Shown piece by piece: positions 8,608 to 17,228 of a DNA stretch of 64,000 bases. Both the position numbers and the translations under genes were made by a program. This DNA is from a bacterium. GTDB lineage: Bacteria; Electryoneota; Electryoneia; Electryoneales; Electryoneaceae. The stretch is taken from positions 114,791 through 178,790 of the forward strand of contig CAXXKJ010000001.1 in NCBI GenBank assembly GCA_963675295.2, given 5' to 3'. The notes under the pieces were generated by a model, which was given only the letters and a program-made list of their open reading frames with translations, was not told the origin of the DNA and made no database searches. Positions within the stretch are counted from its first letter, which is position 1, and each line of letters begins with the position of its first letter.

Positions 8608-10587
8608 CTACCTTGTGAACTCCTGCACATACACCATCTGTTCCGAGGAAAGCTTCGTTTCCTCTCGGAGGAGGGTCGGCGTCATCTCATGGCACGTGGT
8701 GCAGCGATCCAGCTCGGGACGGTTCTGCGACAATGCGTTTTTCGTGTGGCACGGGATGCACGTGTTGTGCATCGCGCTATGGTACGAGGTCGCCGCAAAC
8801 TGCGCCAGCCTGCCGGCCGCTGGTTCCACCGCGTGCATGTCTTCACGATGGCATTCCATGCACGCCTTCGCGGATGCGACCGAGCGTGCCTGCCCACTGT
8901 GGCATTCGACACAGGACTGGTTTTCCGGTATCCAGCCGCCCAGTTGCTTGTCGTCCGCGACCCACGCCAGGTGCTGCTCGTGGTTGAAGATCACCGTTTC
9001 CGTCTCCATCGCACGGTGACACTCGGAACACGGCGTCGCACGGTCGGCGGGCATGGAAAGGTGATGGCAGTTGACGCACGATTCCTCGCCACCCAACCGC
9101 TGCTTGTGTGCGGCGTGGGCGAAGACGGCGTCCAGACCGTCACGGTTGGCGTCGATACGAAGCGTATCCCGCGCCACATCCACCGCCAGCGGCGGACGTG
9201 TGTCCGGCGGAGTGGAACTGTGGAACGGTGGGTACAGCGCGATCCACGCCAGCGGCAATACGAGCAACGCAATCAGCGAGGCACGTTCAAGGCCGGTCAT
9301 CAGCCGGTGATTCCAGGCCCAGGTCAGCCGGTCGAACGAGGAGCTGAATTTCAGCTCGGAATCGGCGAGGCGTTTCCAACGCTCGTCAAACACACTGAAG
9401 TTTTCGATGATGAAGAAAAACGCCAGCCCGGCCATGGCGAGCACGCCGAACGTAATCACCCACTCAATCGCGGAGGGGAAGTAGGCTTCGCCGGCGTCAC
9501 GGAAGTAGCCGAAAATGCCGACATCGACACGGTTCAGCGCCAATCCGAACGCCGCCAGCCCGGCGGTGACCGCCAGGGCGTATGGCGAGCGGCGCACCGG
9601 CTTGAACAGCACGAGCAGCACCGGCAAAATCGCAGCCGCCAACAGTTCGACGACGTACAGCACGCTCTCCCACGTACCCGCCAGCAATGCCTGCCGTGCT
9701 TCCGGACGCAAGACGAGATCACCGATCTTCAGCAGCAGGTAAACACTCAGCACCCATGCGCCGGCCTTGACCAGCGCCCGCACCACGTGCAGGTCCGGTC
9801 CCTCCGGCGTGGCACCGTTTTCCGATTCTCCGCCGCAGGTCTTGCAGACGACGCCCTCACGAACCATCGTCCCGCCAAACACACGGCTCGGATCGTACCA
9901 CCACGAGTGCAGCGTCTTGATCAATGCCAGCAGCATCAGCCCGCCACCAATCGCCGAGATGATGAACAGCAGGGAGATGATCGGGCTGTACCACAATGCG
10001 TGCAGCCGCTGCGGCGTCACCAGGAACAACGATCCCAGCGAGGTGTGGTGCAGGCTGGAGAGGGTGATGCCGATGATGACGAACACGCCCGCCGCCTTGC
10101 TCAGCACGCCGCGCAGTTTCGCCAGCCCCAGCCGCTCGAGCAGCGTCGGGCTGAGTTCGAGGAAGGTGATCACGAAGTAGCAGGAGACACACCAGAAGAC
10201 CTCGAACAGGAACGAATGGATGTTCCAGTAGACAAACGGATGCCAGAAACGCCACGGCAGCCCGATGTCAAACAGCAACGCGAACAACGACGCGCCGTAG
10301 CCTAAAAACGCCACCAGGATCGCCGGTTTCACCATCCGGTCGAATGGTTTCAGGTGCAGTACATGGCCGAGGAAGCCGACGGTAAACCCGCAGGTCGCCA
10401 ACGCCGCGCCGCCAATCATGTTGAAGATCTTCCACAGTCCCCACGGGACACGGTCATCGAGGTTTGTCGTCACGCCCAGCCCGAACACGAACCGCAGCAG
10501 CATCGCCACCAGTCCGGCAAATGTCAGCGCCCAGAGGATGTCCTTGATCCGTCGCGTCCGGTCGGTTGTCAGTTCCAGCTCACTCAT
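8608..10587 (-). CDS. NrfD/PsrC/HmcC/DsrP-like integral membrane subunit fused to a C-terminal hexaheme cytochrome c3-like domain
   Basis: About 460 aa of polytopic membrane sequence typical of the NrfD family. The last ~190 aa carry six CxxCH motifs: CVNCH, CSECH, CVECH, CMECH, CIPCH, CTTCH. Confidence 0.85.
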   Translation of the reverse strand: MSELELTTDRTRRIKDILWALTFAGLVAMLLRFVFGLGVTTNLDDRVPWGLWKIFNMIGGAALATCGFTVGFLGHVLHLKPFDRMVKPAILVAFLGYGASLFALLFDIGLPWRFWHPFVYWNIHSFLFEVFWCVSCYFVITFLELSPTLLERLGLAKLRGVLSKAAGVFVIIGITLSSLHHTSLGSLFLVTPQRLHALWYSPIISLLFIISAIGGGLMLLALIKTLHSWWYDPSRVFGGTMVREGVVCKTCGGESENGATPEGPDLHVVRALVKAGAWVLSVYLLLKIGDLVLRPEARQALLAGTWESVLYVVELLAAAILPVLLVLFKPVRRSPYALAVTAGLAAFGLALNRVDVGIFGYFRDAGEAYFPSAIEWVITFGVLAMAGLAFFFIIENFSVFDERWKRLADSELKFSSSFDRLTWAWNHRLMTGLERASLIALLVLPLAWIALYPPFHSSTPPDTRPPLAVDVARDTLRIDANRDGLDAVFAHAAHKQRLGGEESCVNCHHLSMPADRATPCSECHRAMETETVIFNHEQHLAWVADDKQLGGWIPENQSCVECHSGQARSVASAKACMECHREDMHAVEPAAGRLAQFAATSYHSAMHNTCIPCHTKNALSQNRPELDRCTTCHEMTPTLLREETKLSSEQMVYVQEFTR

Positions 10588-11363
10588 TGTTCGCCACCCC
10601 CGTGCCCGTTGGTTGACGCGTCCGGTCCATGCATCTGCTGCATCCGCCGCCGCACGATCCAGTTCACTCCGGCCACGCTGGCGAGCACGCTACCGCCGAC
10701 AATCGGCGTCGCGTGCATCACCGGTTCGACCAGGTGCGGAATCGACCCGGTATCCGGGGAGGGCCAGCCCAGTTCGGCGAGGTCGGTGTTCGCGATGTAG
10801 AGCACGCCCGTACCGCCGAATTCATGCTCGCCCCAGACGTGGTCGATGTACCCGTTCGGATTCTCACCGATCCGCTGGTGCGCGAGACGCAGCAACTTCT
10901 CTCGCTCGCCAAACTCGATCGCGTTCTGCGGGCAGGCCTCCGCGCAGGCCGGGATTTCGCCCTCCGCGAGACGTTCCTCGCACAACTCGCATTTCTTCAT
11001 GAACGGCACCGTCGCCGACCACTCGTAGCGCGGTACGTGAAACGGGCACGCCAGCATGCAGTAACGGCAGCCGATGCACTTGTCAGGATCGTAGACCACC
11101 GCACCATTTTCGCTGCGGGTGATGCCGCCAACCAGGCACGCGCTGACGCAACTCGGCTCGAGGCAGTGCATGCACGCCTTCTTCGCGAACTGGTCCCAGC
11201 CAACCGGCTGCACCGTCGTCAACCGGTCCGCTGAAAGCCCGTCCGGGGTGGTCGCACGGTCACGGTCGGCGGCTGCCGGGTCGCAGCCGTTGGCCTTCAC
11301 GCAGGCCGCGACACATTTCTCGCAGCCGACGCATTTCGTCACATCAATCAGCATCCCGATCAT
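10584..11363 (-). CDS. 4x[4Fe-4S] ferredoxin-type subunit (HmcB/DsrO/NrfC-like) with C-terminal TM helix
   Basis: CVGCEKCVAAC, CMHCLEPSCVSAC, CIGCRYCMLACP, CELCEE...CAEACP. No N-terminal Tat or Sec signal is visible. Hydrophobic C-terminal segment IVGGSVLASVAGVNWIV. Confidence 0.85.
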   Translation of the reverse strand: MIGMLIDVTKCVGCEKCVAACVKANGCDPAAADRDRATTPDGLSADRLTTVQPVGWDQFAKKACMHCLEPSCVSACLVGGITRSENGAVVYDPDKCIGCRYCMLACPFHVPRYEWSATVPFMKKCELCEERLAEGEIPACAEACPQNAIEFGEREKLLRLAHQRIGENPNGYIDHVWGEHEFGGTGVLYIANTDLAELGWPSPDTGSIPHLVEPVMHATPIVGGSVLASVAGVNWIVRRRMQQMHGPDASTNGHGGGEQ

Positions 11364-12064
11364 ACCTTCGCCTCCTTGCCGAGCACCGTCTCCGCGACAC
11401 GATCGCCCGCGCCCGGACGCAACTGCCAGTGAATCTCCGAGATGCGGTCAAAGAAGATCAGCACGATGTGGCTCAGCTTGGTGAACGGCACCAGGATCAA
11501 CAACGCTTCCGCGCTGAGCAGGTGGATGAGGAACATCGTCTGCCACGGCAATGGATTAAACGCCGGATGCGCCGCGAGGAAGCCGCTGATGAACGGCAGC
11601 AGGATCAACACCAGCAGGCTGACGTCCGAATTGCGGCTGATCGCACGCAGGCGTGGCACCGCGATCCGGCTGACCAACAGCACCAGCACCGCAAGGATCG
11701 TGATCACGGTGAGCACATCCGCAAATCCGTTCCCGATCGACCACAGGTTGATCCCGAGCCACTGTTCCCAGAGCACGATGTGGCCGGCGTAAAACAGCGG
11801 CACGAGGATCGCACCGATGTGGAACACGAATGATGCGTTGGAGAAAGTCACGTTGCCCGATGTCAGGTGACGGACCGGCAGCGCCCACTCCAGCGAGTCG
11901 TGCAGCATCTTGTTCCACGGCATGTATTTGAGCCGGCTGCGTTTGCGCCGGAACAACGTGTCCAGTTGCAGCACCAGGTGCCGCAGCAGCCCGAGTGCCA
12001 TCACGCCCAGCGACAAGGCGAACAACGGCCCCATCGCGAAATCGATCCAGGCTTGCATTCCCAT
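11360..12064 (-). CDS. NarI/DsrM/HmcE-like membrane cytochrome b subunit
   Basis: About 5 TM helices with conserved His residues, layout of the nitrate reductase gamma family. Overlaps neighbours by 4 nt. Confidence 0.75.
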   Translation of the reverse strand: MGMQAWIDFAMGPLFALSLGVMALGLLRHLVLQLDTLFRRKRSRLKYMPWNKMLHDSLEWALPVRHLTSGNVTFSNASFVFHIGAILVPLFYAGHIVLWEQWLGINLWSIGNGFADVLTVITILAVLVLLVSRIAVPRLRAISRNSDVSLLVLILLPFISGFLAAHPAFNPLPWQTMFLIHLLSAEALLILVPFTKLSHIVLIFFDRISEIHWQLRPGAGDRVAETVLGKEAKV

Positions 12065-12071
12065 CCTCCAC

Positions 12072-13514
12072 TCACATGGCGTACAGTTCCGCCTCTTCCT
12101 TGCGTTCCTCCGCCGACTTGCCGCCGGGGATCTCGATCGCCTTCAGGATCAGGTCGTGCAGGCCCATCACCTCGCACGGGATCTCGTAAAACTCGACCAG
12201 TTCCTTGAGCTGCTTCTTGCAATTGGCGCAAGGGGCGATGCAGATCTGCGCGCCGGTCGCGACGATCTGGTCGGCCTTTGTCTTGCCGCCGACCTTCATC
12301 CGGAAGTCGTGGATCTCGTCAATCGACACCAGCCCGCCACCACCGCCACAGCAGTAATTGTTGCGGCCTCCCGGTGTCATCTCGACATAGTCCTTGACGA
12401 ACGACTTGAGGATTTCGCGGGGCTGGTTCACAATCCAGCCGCCACGCGCCATGTTGCACGGGTCGTGGTAGGTCACTTTCTCGGTGATGATGTCCGGGTT
12501 CAGCTTGATCTTGCCCCGGCGCAAACAATCCAGCGTGTATTCGATGAAGCTGACTACCGGACGGGTCTGTGCACCGCCGAAGACTGGCACGAAATCATGC
12601 GCCGACCGCGAGGCGTGCCCGCATTCGCCGATCAGGATGTTCTTCCCGTTCAATCGGTCGACTTCACCGACGAGCTGCTTGATGATCCGTTCGAGATGCC
12701 AGTCGCTGTAGAACAGGCCGTAGTTGATGCCGTCGAAATTGCCGGTGCCGATGGTCCAGCGATCCCAGTCGCCGGCGGCGTGCAACACCGCGAGGTTGCC
12801 GAGCAACGTGTCCGGCTCCATCAGGTAGTCGCTGACCGCGCAGAAGAAGACGTAATCCCGGTTCTTCTTGTCCACCGGCACGTCCAGATCGATGCCGAAC
12901 TGGTCGGAGAATTCCTCTTGCAGGAATTCGAGCGTGTGCAGCATCGCCGTCGCCGGAACCTTGGACGTGTTGTGCGTTTCACCTTCCAATTGTTCCCGCA
13001 CACTTACTTGCAGCGCCTTCGGTGCAATCCCCGTGAGGCTCAGGATATAGCGTCCGAGACGAGTGATCAGGCCGTGATCCATCCCCATTGGACATTCGAG
13101 TGTGCAACGGCGGCAGGCGGTGCAACGGTAGAACACCTCCGCCATCTCCGCGATGACCTCTTCCGTCAGCTCGAACCGGTTCGGCGTGAACCGTGCATTG
13201 AGCCATCCGCCGAGCGTGAAGTACCGCTGGTAAATCGAAAGCAGCAGCGTCGTCTTGTAGCACGGCACATCGCGCGGGTCGCCGGTCACCTGGTACACCG
13301 GACAAGTCACCGAACAGCGGTTGCACTTGTTCGTCGTGCGGCAGTACGAATCGAGCAGCGGCTTGTAGTCCGTGTGCTCGAGCACCGCCGCGAACGCATC
13401 GAGGAAACGTTCCACCCTTCCCCCCGAACCGTTGCCCTCGATGTGGTACGGCAGGCGGGCTTTCAGGTCGATCTCGGCTGACGTAGCCAGGCCGCCGTTC
13501 GTTGTTTCAGCCAT
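12072..13514 (-). CDS. HdrD/DsrK/HmcF-like (Fe-S)-binding CCG-domain oxidoreductase
   Basis: CNRCSVTCP, CTACRRCTLECP, NYCCGGGGG, CANCKKQ. Start set at MAETT (13514), preceded by GGAG; the ORF extends to 13526. Confidence 0.85.
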   Translation of the reverse strand: MAETTNGGLATSAEIDLKARLPYHIEGNGSGGRVERFLDAFAAVLEHTDYKPLLDSYCRTTNKCNRCSVTCPVYQVTGDPRDVPCYKTTLLLSIYQRYFTLGGWLNARFTPNRFELTEEVIAEMAEVFYRCTACRRCTLECPMGMDHGLITRLGRYILSLTGIAPKALQVSVREQLEGETHNTSKVPATAMLHTLEFLQEEFSDQFGIDLDVPVDKKNRDYVFFCAVSDYLMEPDTLLGNLAVLHAAGDWDRWTIGTGNFDGINYGLFYSDWHLERIIKQLVGEVDRLNGKNILIGECGHASRSAHDFVPVFGGAQTRPVVSFIEYTLDCLRRGKIKLNPDIITEKVTYHDPCNMARGGWIVNQPREILKSFVKDYVEMTPGGRNNYCCGGGGGLVSIDEIHDFRMKVGGKTKADQIVATGAQICIAPCANCKKQLKELVEFYEIPCEVMGLHDLILKAIEIPGGKSAEERKEEAELYAM

Positions 13515-13556
13515 GCAGAACTCCATTGGGTTGCAGTGTTGTCGCTGCCGGTGTCA

Positions 13557-13571
13557 GCAAAGGGCGGGCCG
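13557..13571 (-). promoter_or_regulatory. sigma-54 promoter candidate (minus strand CGGCCCG-CCCT-TTGC)
   Basis: Reverse complement of 13557-13571 fits GG-N10-GC with a TTGC -12 element, about 30-45 nt upstream of the HdrD-like start. Confidence 0.45.
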
Positions 13572-13721
13572 AACAAGAAGAGGCGGGCAAATCCGGCTGG
13601 AAAACGAGGCCGCTGTAACTCGTGTCACCGCTGCGAATTCACCAGCGGGGAGAGGCCGAGGTACCTGCGCCGCACGTGGTACGATTTCGCATTCCTGATT
13701 TTCCGTTTTTGCGCGAAAAGT

Positions 13722-13786
13722 GTTGCAGGCGTTGCAGCGAAACGTTGTGTTGCAACGACTCCTGCTACAGCTGCGACACTTGCAAC
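13722..13786. promoter_or_regulatory. cluster of four (G/C)TTGCA(G/A) boxes including the palindrome GTTGCAAC; candidate shared enhancer site
   Basis: GTTGCAG at 13722 and 13731, GTTGCAAC at 13749, CTTGCAAC at 13779. Located midway between the two divergent sigma-54 promoters. Confidence 0.3.
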
Positions 13787-13930
13787 TCACGACCCGGGCA
13801 CCTGACCGGAGACCGTCTTACACACGACGGAAGATTCACGTAACTCCCGTGCCTCAACCGCTCCGCGTGATTTCGTCCTGCTCATTCCGTCATCAAGGGG
13901 GGTACCGTTACGCGACGCTGATCCCTATCC

Positions 13931-13944
13931 GGCACAACGCTTGC
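13931..13944 (+). promoter_or_regulatory. sigma-54 (-24/-12) promoter GGCAC-AACGC-TTGC
   Basis: Near-consensus match. GGAGG RBS at 13964-13968 and ATG at 13975. Confidence 0.6.
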
Positions 13945-13974
13945 CGTTTGCTGCGATGAAACCGGAGGCGATCC

Positions 13975-15027
13975 ATGCGTATTTGTGTACCCCTGTTTGG
14001 CGATCGAGTGGCACCGCGTTGCACACACGCGGATAGCGTGCTGCTCTGTACGCTGAAACGCGGACGCATCGTTGAACAGGAACGGATCCGGCGCAGCATC
14101 GACAGCCTGCTCGACCTCGAGGATGTTCTCCGCAACCGCAAGGTCGACACGCTGGTCTGTGGCGGCATCAACCAGCATGACCGCTCCACCGTCGATCCAC
14201 TGCTGGAAGCGGTGGTGTCGAACGTCGCGGGCACGGTTGAGGACGTATTGCTCGGGGTGTCGTCCGGTCGGATCGGTCTGGACGAGGCGAACGGTGCAAC
14301 GCCGGAGACAGCAACGGTTGCAACACCGGCGAAACCGCAGCCCAAGCCCGCAGCTGGGAATCCGTCGATGACCGACTGCCTCACCTGCGACACCATGACG
14401 TGCCTCGAGGGCAAGGGATGTGTGCTGCAGGCGTCCGGCATTCTGCTCGGTGACCGCGACGACCGCATCATGCTCGAGGTCGCGCGCGATTTGAACTGCG
14501 AGGACGAACGACGCCTCTGCAGGCTGTCCGAGCTGATCTACTTCGGCCTCGAGATGGGCTACCGCACCGTCGGCATCGCCTACTGTAGCGATTTGTACCA
14601 GCCGGCGCGGGTGCTGGCGGGCGTGTTCAAGCGTTTCTTCGAGGTGCATGCCGTCTGTTGCAAGCTGCACGTCCCGAGCAACGGCCACACGTTCAACGCC
14701 GACATGCCGGACCCGTCCACCCGCTGCAACCCTCTCGCACAGGCTGAATTGCTGAACAAACTGGGCACCGACATGAATGTGATCGTCGGACTCTGCGTTG
14801 GCGCGGACTGCGTCTTCACCCACGCCAGCGACGCTCCGGTGACCACCCTGTTCGCCAAGGATCGCGCGCTCGCGAACAACCCCATCGGCGCGGTCTATTC
14901 GGAACGATATCTGCGCGAAGCGGCACAAACCCTGGCCGCCCCAAAAACCGATATCCGCAACCACCAGATAAGCGTCGAGCGTGAATCCATGGAACACGCC
15001 GGCGACACAGGAAGGGCAGACTCATGA
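13975..15027 (+). CDS. fusion protein: N-terminal NifX-like domain + Pro/Ala linker + C-terminal DUF1847 (Cys-rich metal-binding) domain
   Basis: MRICVPLFGDRVAPRCTHA... (NifX-like). C-terminal CNPLAQAELLNKLGTDMNVIVGLCVGADCVFTHASDAPVTTLFAKDRALANNP is the DUF1847 signature as I recall it. Confidence 0.75.
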   Translation: MRICVPLFGDRVAPRCTHADSVLLCTLKRGRIVEQERIRRSIDSLLDLEDVLRNRKVDTLVCGGINQHDRSTVDPLLEAVVSNVAGTVEDVLLGVSSGRIGLDEANGATPETATVATPAKPQPKPAAGNPSMTDCLTCDTMTCLEGKGCVLQASGILLGDRDDRIMLEVARDLNCEDERRLCRLSELIYFGLEMGYRTVGIAYCSDLYQPARVLAGVFKRFFEVHAVCCKLHVPSNGHTFNADMPDPSTRCNPLAQAELLNKLGTDMNVIVGLCVGADCVFTHASDAPVTTLFAKDRALANNPIGAVYSERYLREAAQTLAAPKTDIRNHQISVERESMEHAGDTGRADS

Positions 15028-15581
15028 CGATGGTGTCGATGAAGTCCATCGGGCTATGCGCCAACTATTCGGAAGCGGGAGACTGGGCGTTCGACTTCGC
15101 CCTCGGGCTCGCACGCAAGCACAACCTGCAGCTGAACATCTTCCACTTTCTCGCGGACCCGTTCGACCCCTCCGCCGATTCCCCGATGGCGATGCCGAAG
15201 GATCAACGGGACGCGATGTCGATCGAGATGGAACGCAATCTGCGCTTCTACTACGACGAACGTCTCGGCGATCACCTTAAGGCCGGATTCCGCGTCTGCG
15301 AAAGCAATGAGTGGACCGAGCTGCATCACTGCCTGATGCGCCGTGAATTTGAGCTGCTGGTGCTGCCGTACCCAAAGCGGAACGCCACCTTCGGCGGCAA
15401 GCCAATTGAAGATTTCGCGAAGAATTTCGTGTCGCCGGTGGCACTGGTCGGACCGGACACTCCCGACCAGATCCGGCTGAACAACCAGGCCGGCCTGGCG
15501 AACAAAATCGCCGATTTCGTCGGCGCGCAAGAGATCCTGGCGACGGCGCTTGCGCTGATCATGATGGCAGGCAGCATTTGA
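15024..15581 (+). CDS. universal stress protein (UspA)-like protein
   Basis: ATGA overlap with the upstream gene. USP-like alpha/beta layout (LQLNIFHF..., ELLVLPY...). Weak assignment. Confidence 0.6.
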   Translation: MTMVSMKSIGLCANYSEAGDWAFDFALGLARKHNLQLNIFHFLADPFDPSADSPMAMPKDQRDAMSIEMERNLRFYYDERLGDHLKAGFRVCESNEWTELHHCLMRREFELLVLPYPKRNATFGGKPIEDFAKNFVSPVALVGPDTPDQIRLNNQAGLANKIADFVGAQEILATALALIMMAGSI

Positions 15582-15704
15582 CCTGGATTTCAGATTACAA
15601 GGGGAGATCGGTGCCTTTTCCGGCAATTTCATTCGTACATTTAGGATACACTATCTCCTCCTGATCTTTTGTGACGGAAGTGCCCCCCGAAACACGATGG
15701 CGAG

Positions 15705-17012
15705 ATGGACGAAAGCCTCAGCAAAATCATTTTCGAAAGCATCCGTGACGGCGTGTTCACGGTCAACAAGCACTGCATCATCACCTCGTTCAACAAGGCT
15801 GCCGAAAGCATCACCGGCTTCAGCAGCGACGAGGCGATTGGCCGTCATTGTTTCGACGTTTTCCGCACCGAAGTGTGCCACAAGCGCTGCGCGCTGAAGG
15901 ACACACTGAAGAGCCAGGAAGCGGTCGAAAATGTGCGCGTCACGATCATCACCAAGGACGGCTGCGAGGTTCCGATCACCGTCTCGACCACCCTGCTGCG
16001 CGACCGCAAAGAAAACGTGATCGGTGCGGTGGAGTTCTTCCAGGACCTGTCCACGATCGAAAACCTGCGCAATCGCGTCCATCATGCCACCACGCTGGAC
16101 AATATCGTCAGTGTCAACGCACGCATGCAGGAATTGATCCACCTGCTGCCGGACGTTGCCACCGCCGAATGCAACGTGCTGATCGAAGGCCCGAGCGGGT
16201 CCGGCAAGGAGCTGTTCGCGCAGGCGATCCATTCGCTCAGCCCACGTAAGTACGGATCGTACATCCGCATCAACTGCGGTGCGCTGCCTGCAACGTTGCT
16301 CGAATCCGAACTGTTCGGCTACGAAAAAGGCGCGTTCACCGACGCCAAGCGCGACAAGCCGGGCATGTTCTGCCTCGCCAACGGCGGCACGCTGCTGCTC
16401 GATGAAATCGGTGAAATGGACGTGCAGCTGCAATCCAAGCTGCTGCGCGTGCTGAACAACGGCGAGTATCGTCCGCTCGGTTCCACCCGCACCATGCGCA
16501 CCGACGCCCGCATCATCGCCTCAACCAACATCGACCTGCAGGCAGCCATCGAACGGCGTGAGTTCCGCCAGGATCTCTACTTCCGTCTGAATGTCGTCAA
16601 CATCCACATTCCGCCGCTGTCCGACCGTCCCGAGGACATTCCGCTGCTGGTCGACTACTTCATCCGCAAGGTGAAGAAAAAGATCCGCAAGCCGATCGAA
16701 TCGGTGTCGCCCGACGTTTTGGCGCAACTGCGGCGCTACGACTTCCCCGGTAACGTTCGCGAACTGGAAAACGCGATCGAACACGCGTTCGTGATGTGCC
16801 ACGGCAGCGTGATCCAACCGAACCATCTGCCCGGCCACATCATGAATAACGTCAACGCCGACATCACCCGCCATCCGCACCCGAGGCACGAGAAGGACGA
16901 GATCGTCGAAGCGCTCAGCCGTCACCACGGCAACCGTACCCAGGCCGCACGCGACCTCGGCATGCACCGTACCACGCTGTGGCGCAAGCTCGTCGCCTAC
17001 CACCTCGACTGA
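15705..17012 (+). CDS. sigma-54-dependent transcriptional activator (PAS sensor + AAA+ + Fis-type HTH), paralog of 676-2058
   Basis: GPSGSGKELFAQAIH, GAFTDA, ESELFGY, C-terminal AARDLGMHRTTLWRKL. The PAS domain has the same C-x8-C-x3-C motif. Confidence 0.9.
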   Translation: MDESLSKIIFESIRDGVFTVNKHCIITSFNKAAESITGFSSDEAIGRHCFDVFRTEVCHKRCALKDTLKSQEAVENVRVTIITKDGCEVPITVSTTLLRDRKENVIGAVEFFQDLSTIENLRNRVHHATTLDNIVSVNARMQELIHLLPDVATAECNVLIEGPSGSGKELFAQAIHSLSPRKYGSYIRINCGALPATLLESELFGYEKGAFTDAKRDKPGMFCLANGGTLLLDEIGEMDVQLQSKLLRVLNNGEYRPLGSTRTMRTDARIIASTNIDLQAAIERREFRQDLYFRLNVVNIHIPPLSDRPEDIPLLVDYFIRKVKKKIRKPIESVSPDVLAQLRRYDFPGNVRELENAIEHAFVMCHGSVIQPNHLPGHIMNNVNADITRHPHPRHEKDEIVEALSRHHGNRTQAARDLGMHRTTLWRKLVAYHLD

Positions 17013-17140
17013 CAACGCTCCAGACAGTAGCAGTCGATGACATCCTGCAACCGCCTGCCATTCGAGGCGGAGACGCCCCGGTCTCTCGAGAAATTCGACT
17101 CTCTTCAGCTGAACCCTTGACAAGCACCATCGTTCAGAGT

Positions 17141-17165
17141 ACTTTGTTCGGTGTTCGTACAAAGT
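17141..17165. promoter_or_regulatory. operator candidate ACTTTGT-N11-ACAAAGT (site 1)
   Basis: Read directly: ACTTTGTTCGGTGTTCGTACAAAGT. Confidence 0.5.
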
Positions 17166-17228
17166 GAGCGGAAAGACCTTGCCGGGTTGTCGGCGGACCC
17201 CGGCGGGCTTACGCTCAACATTTTGTTC

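Noticed and set aside
8608-13514. Calling the complex DsrMKJOP and inferring dissimilatory sulfate or sulfite reduction
   Set aside because: Gene order and the cytochrome fusion differ from canonical dsrMKJOP. No dsrAB, dsrC, aprAB or sat are visible. Hmc/Tmc/Dsr-like modules occur in many non-sulfate-reducers.
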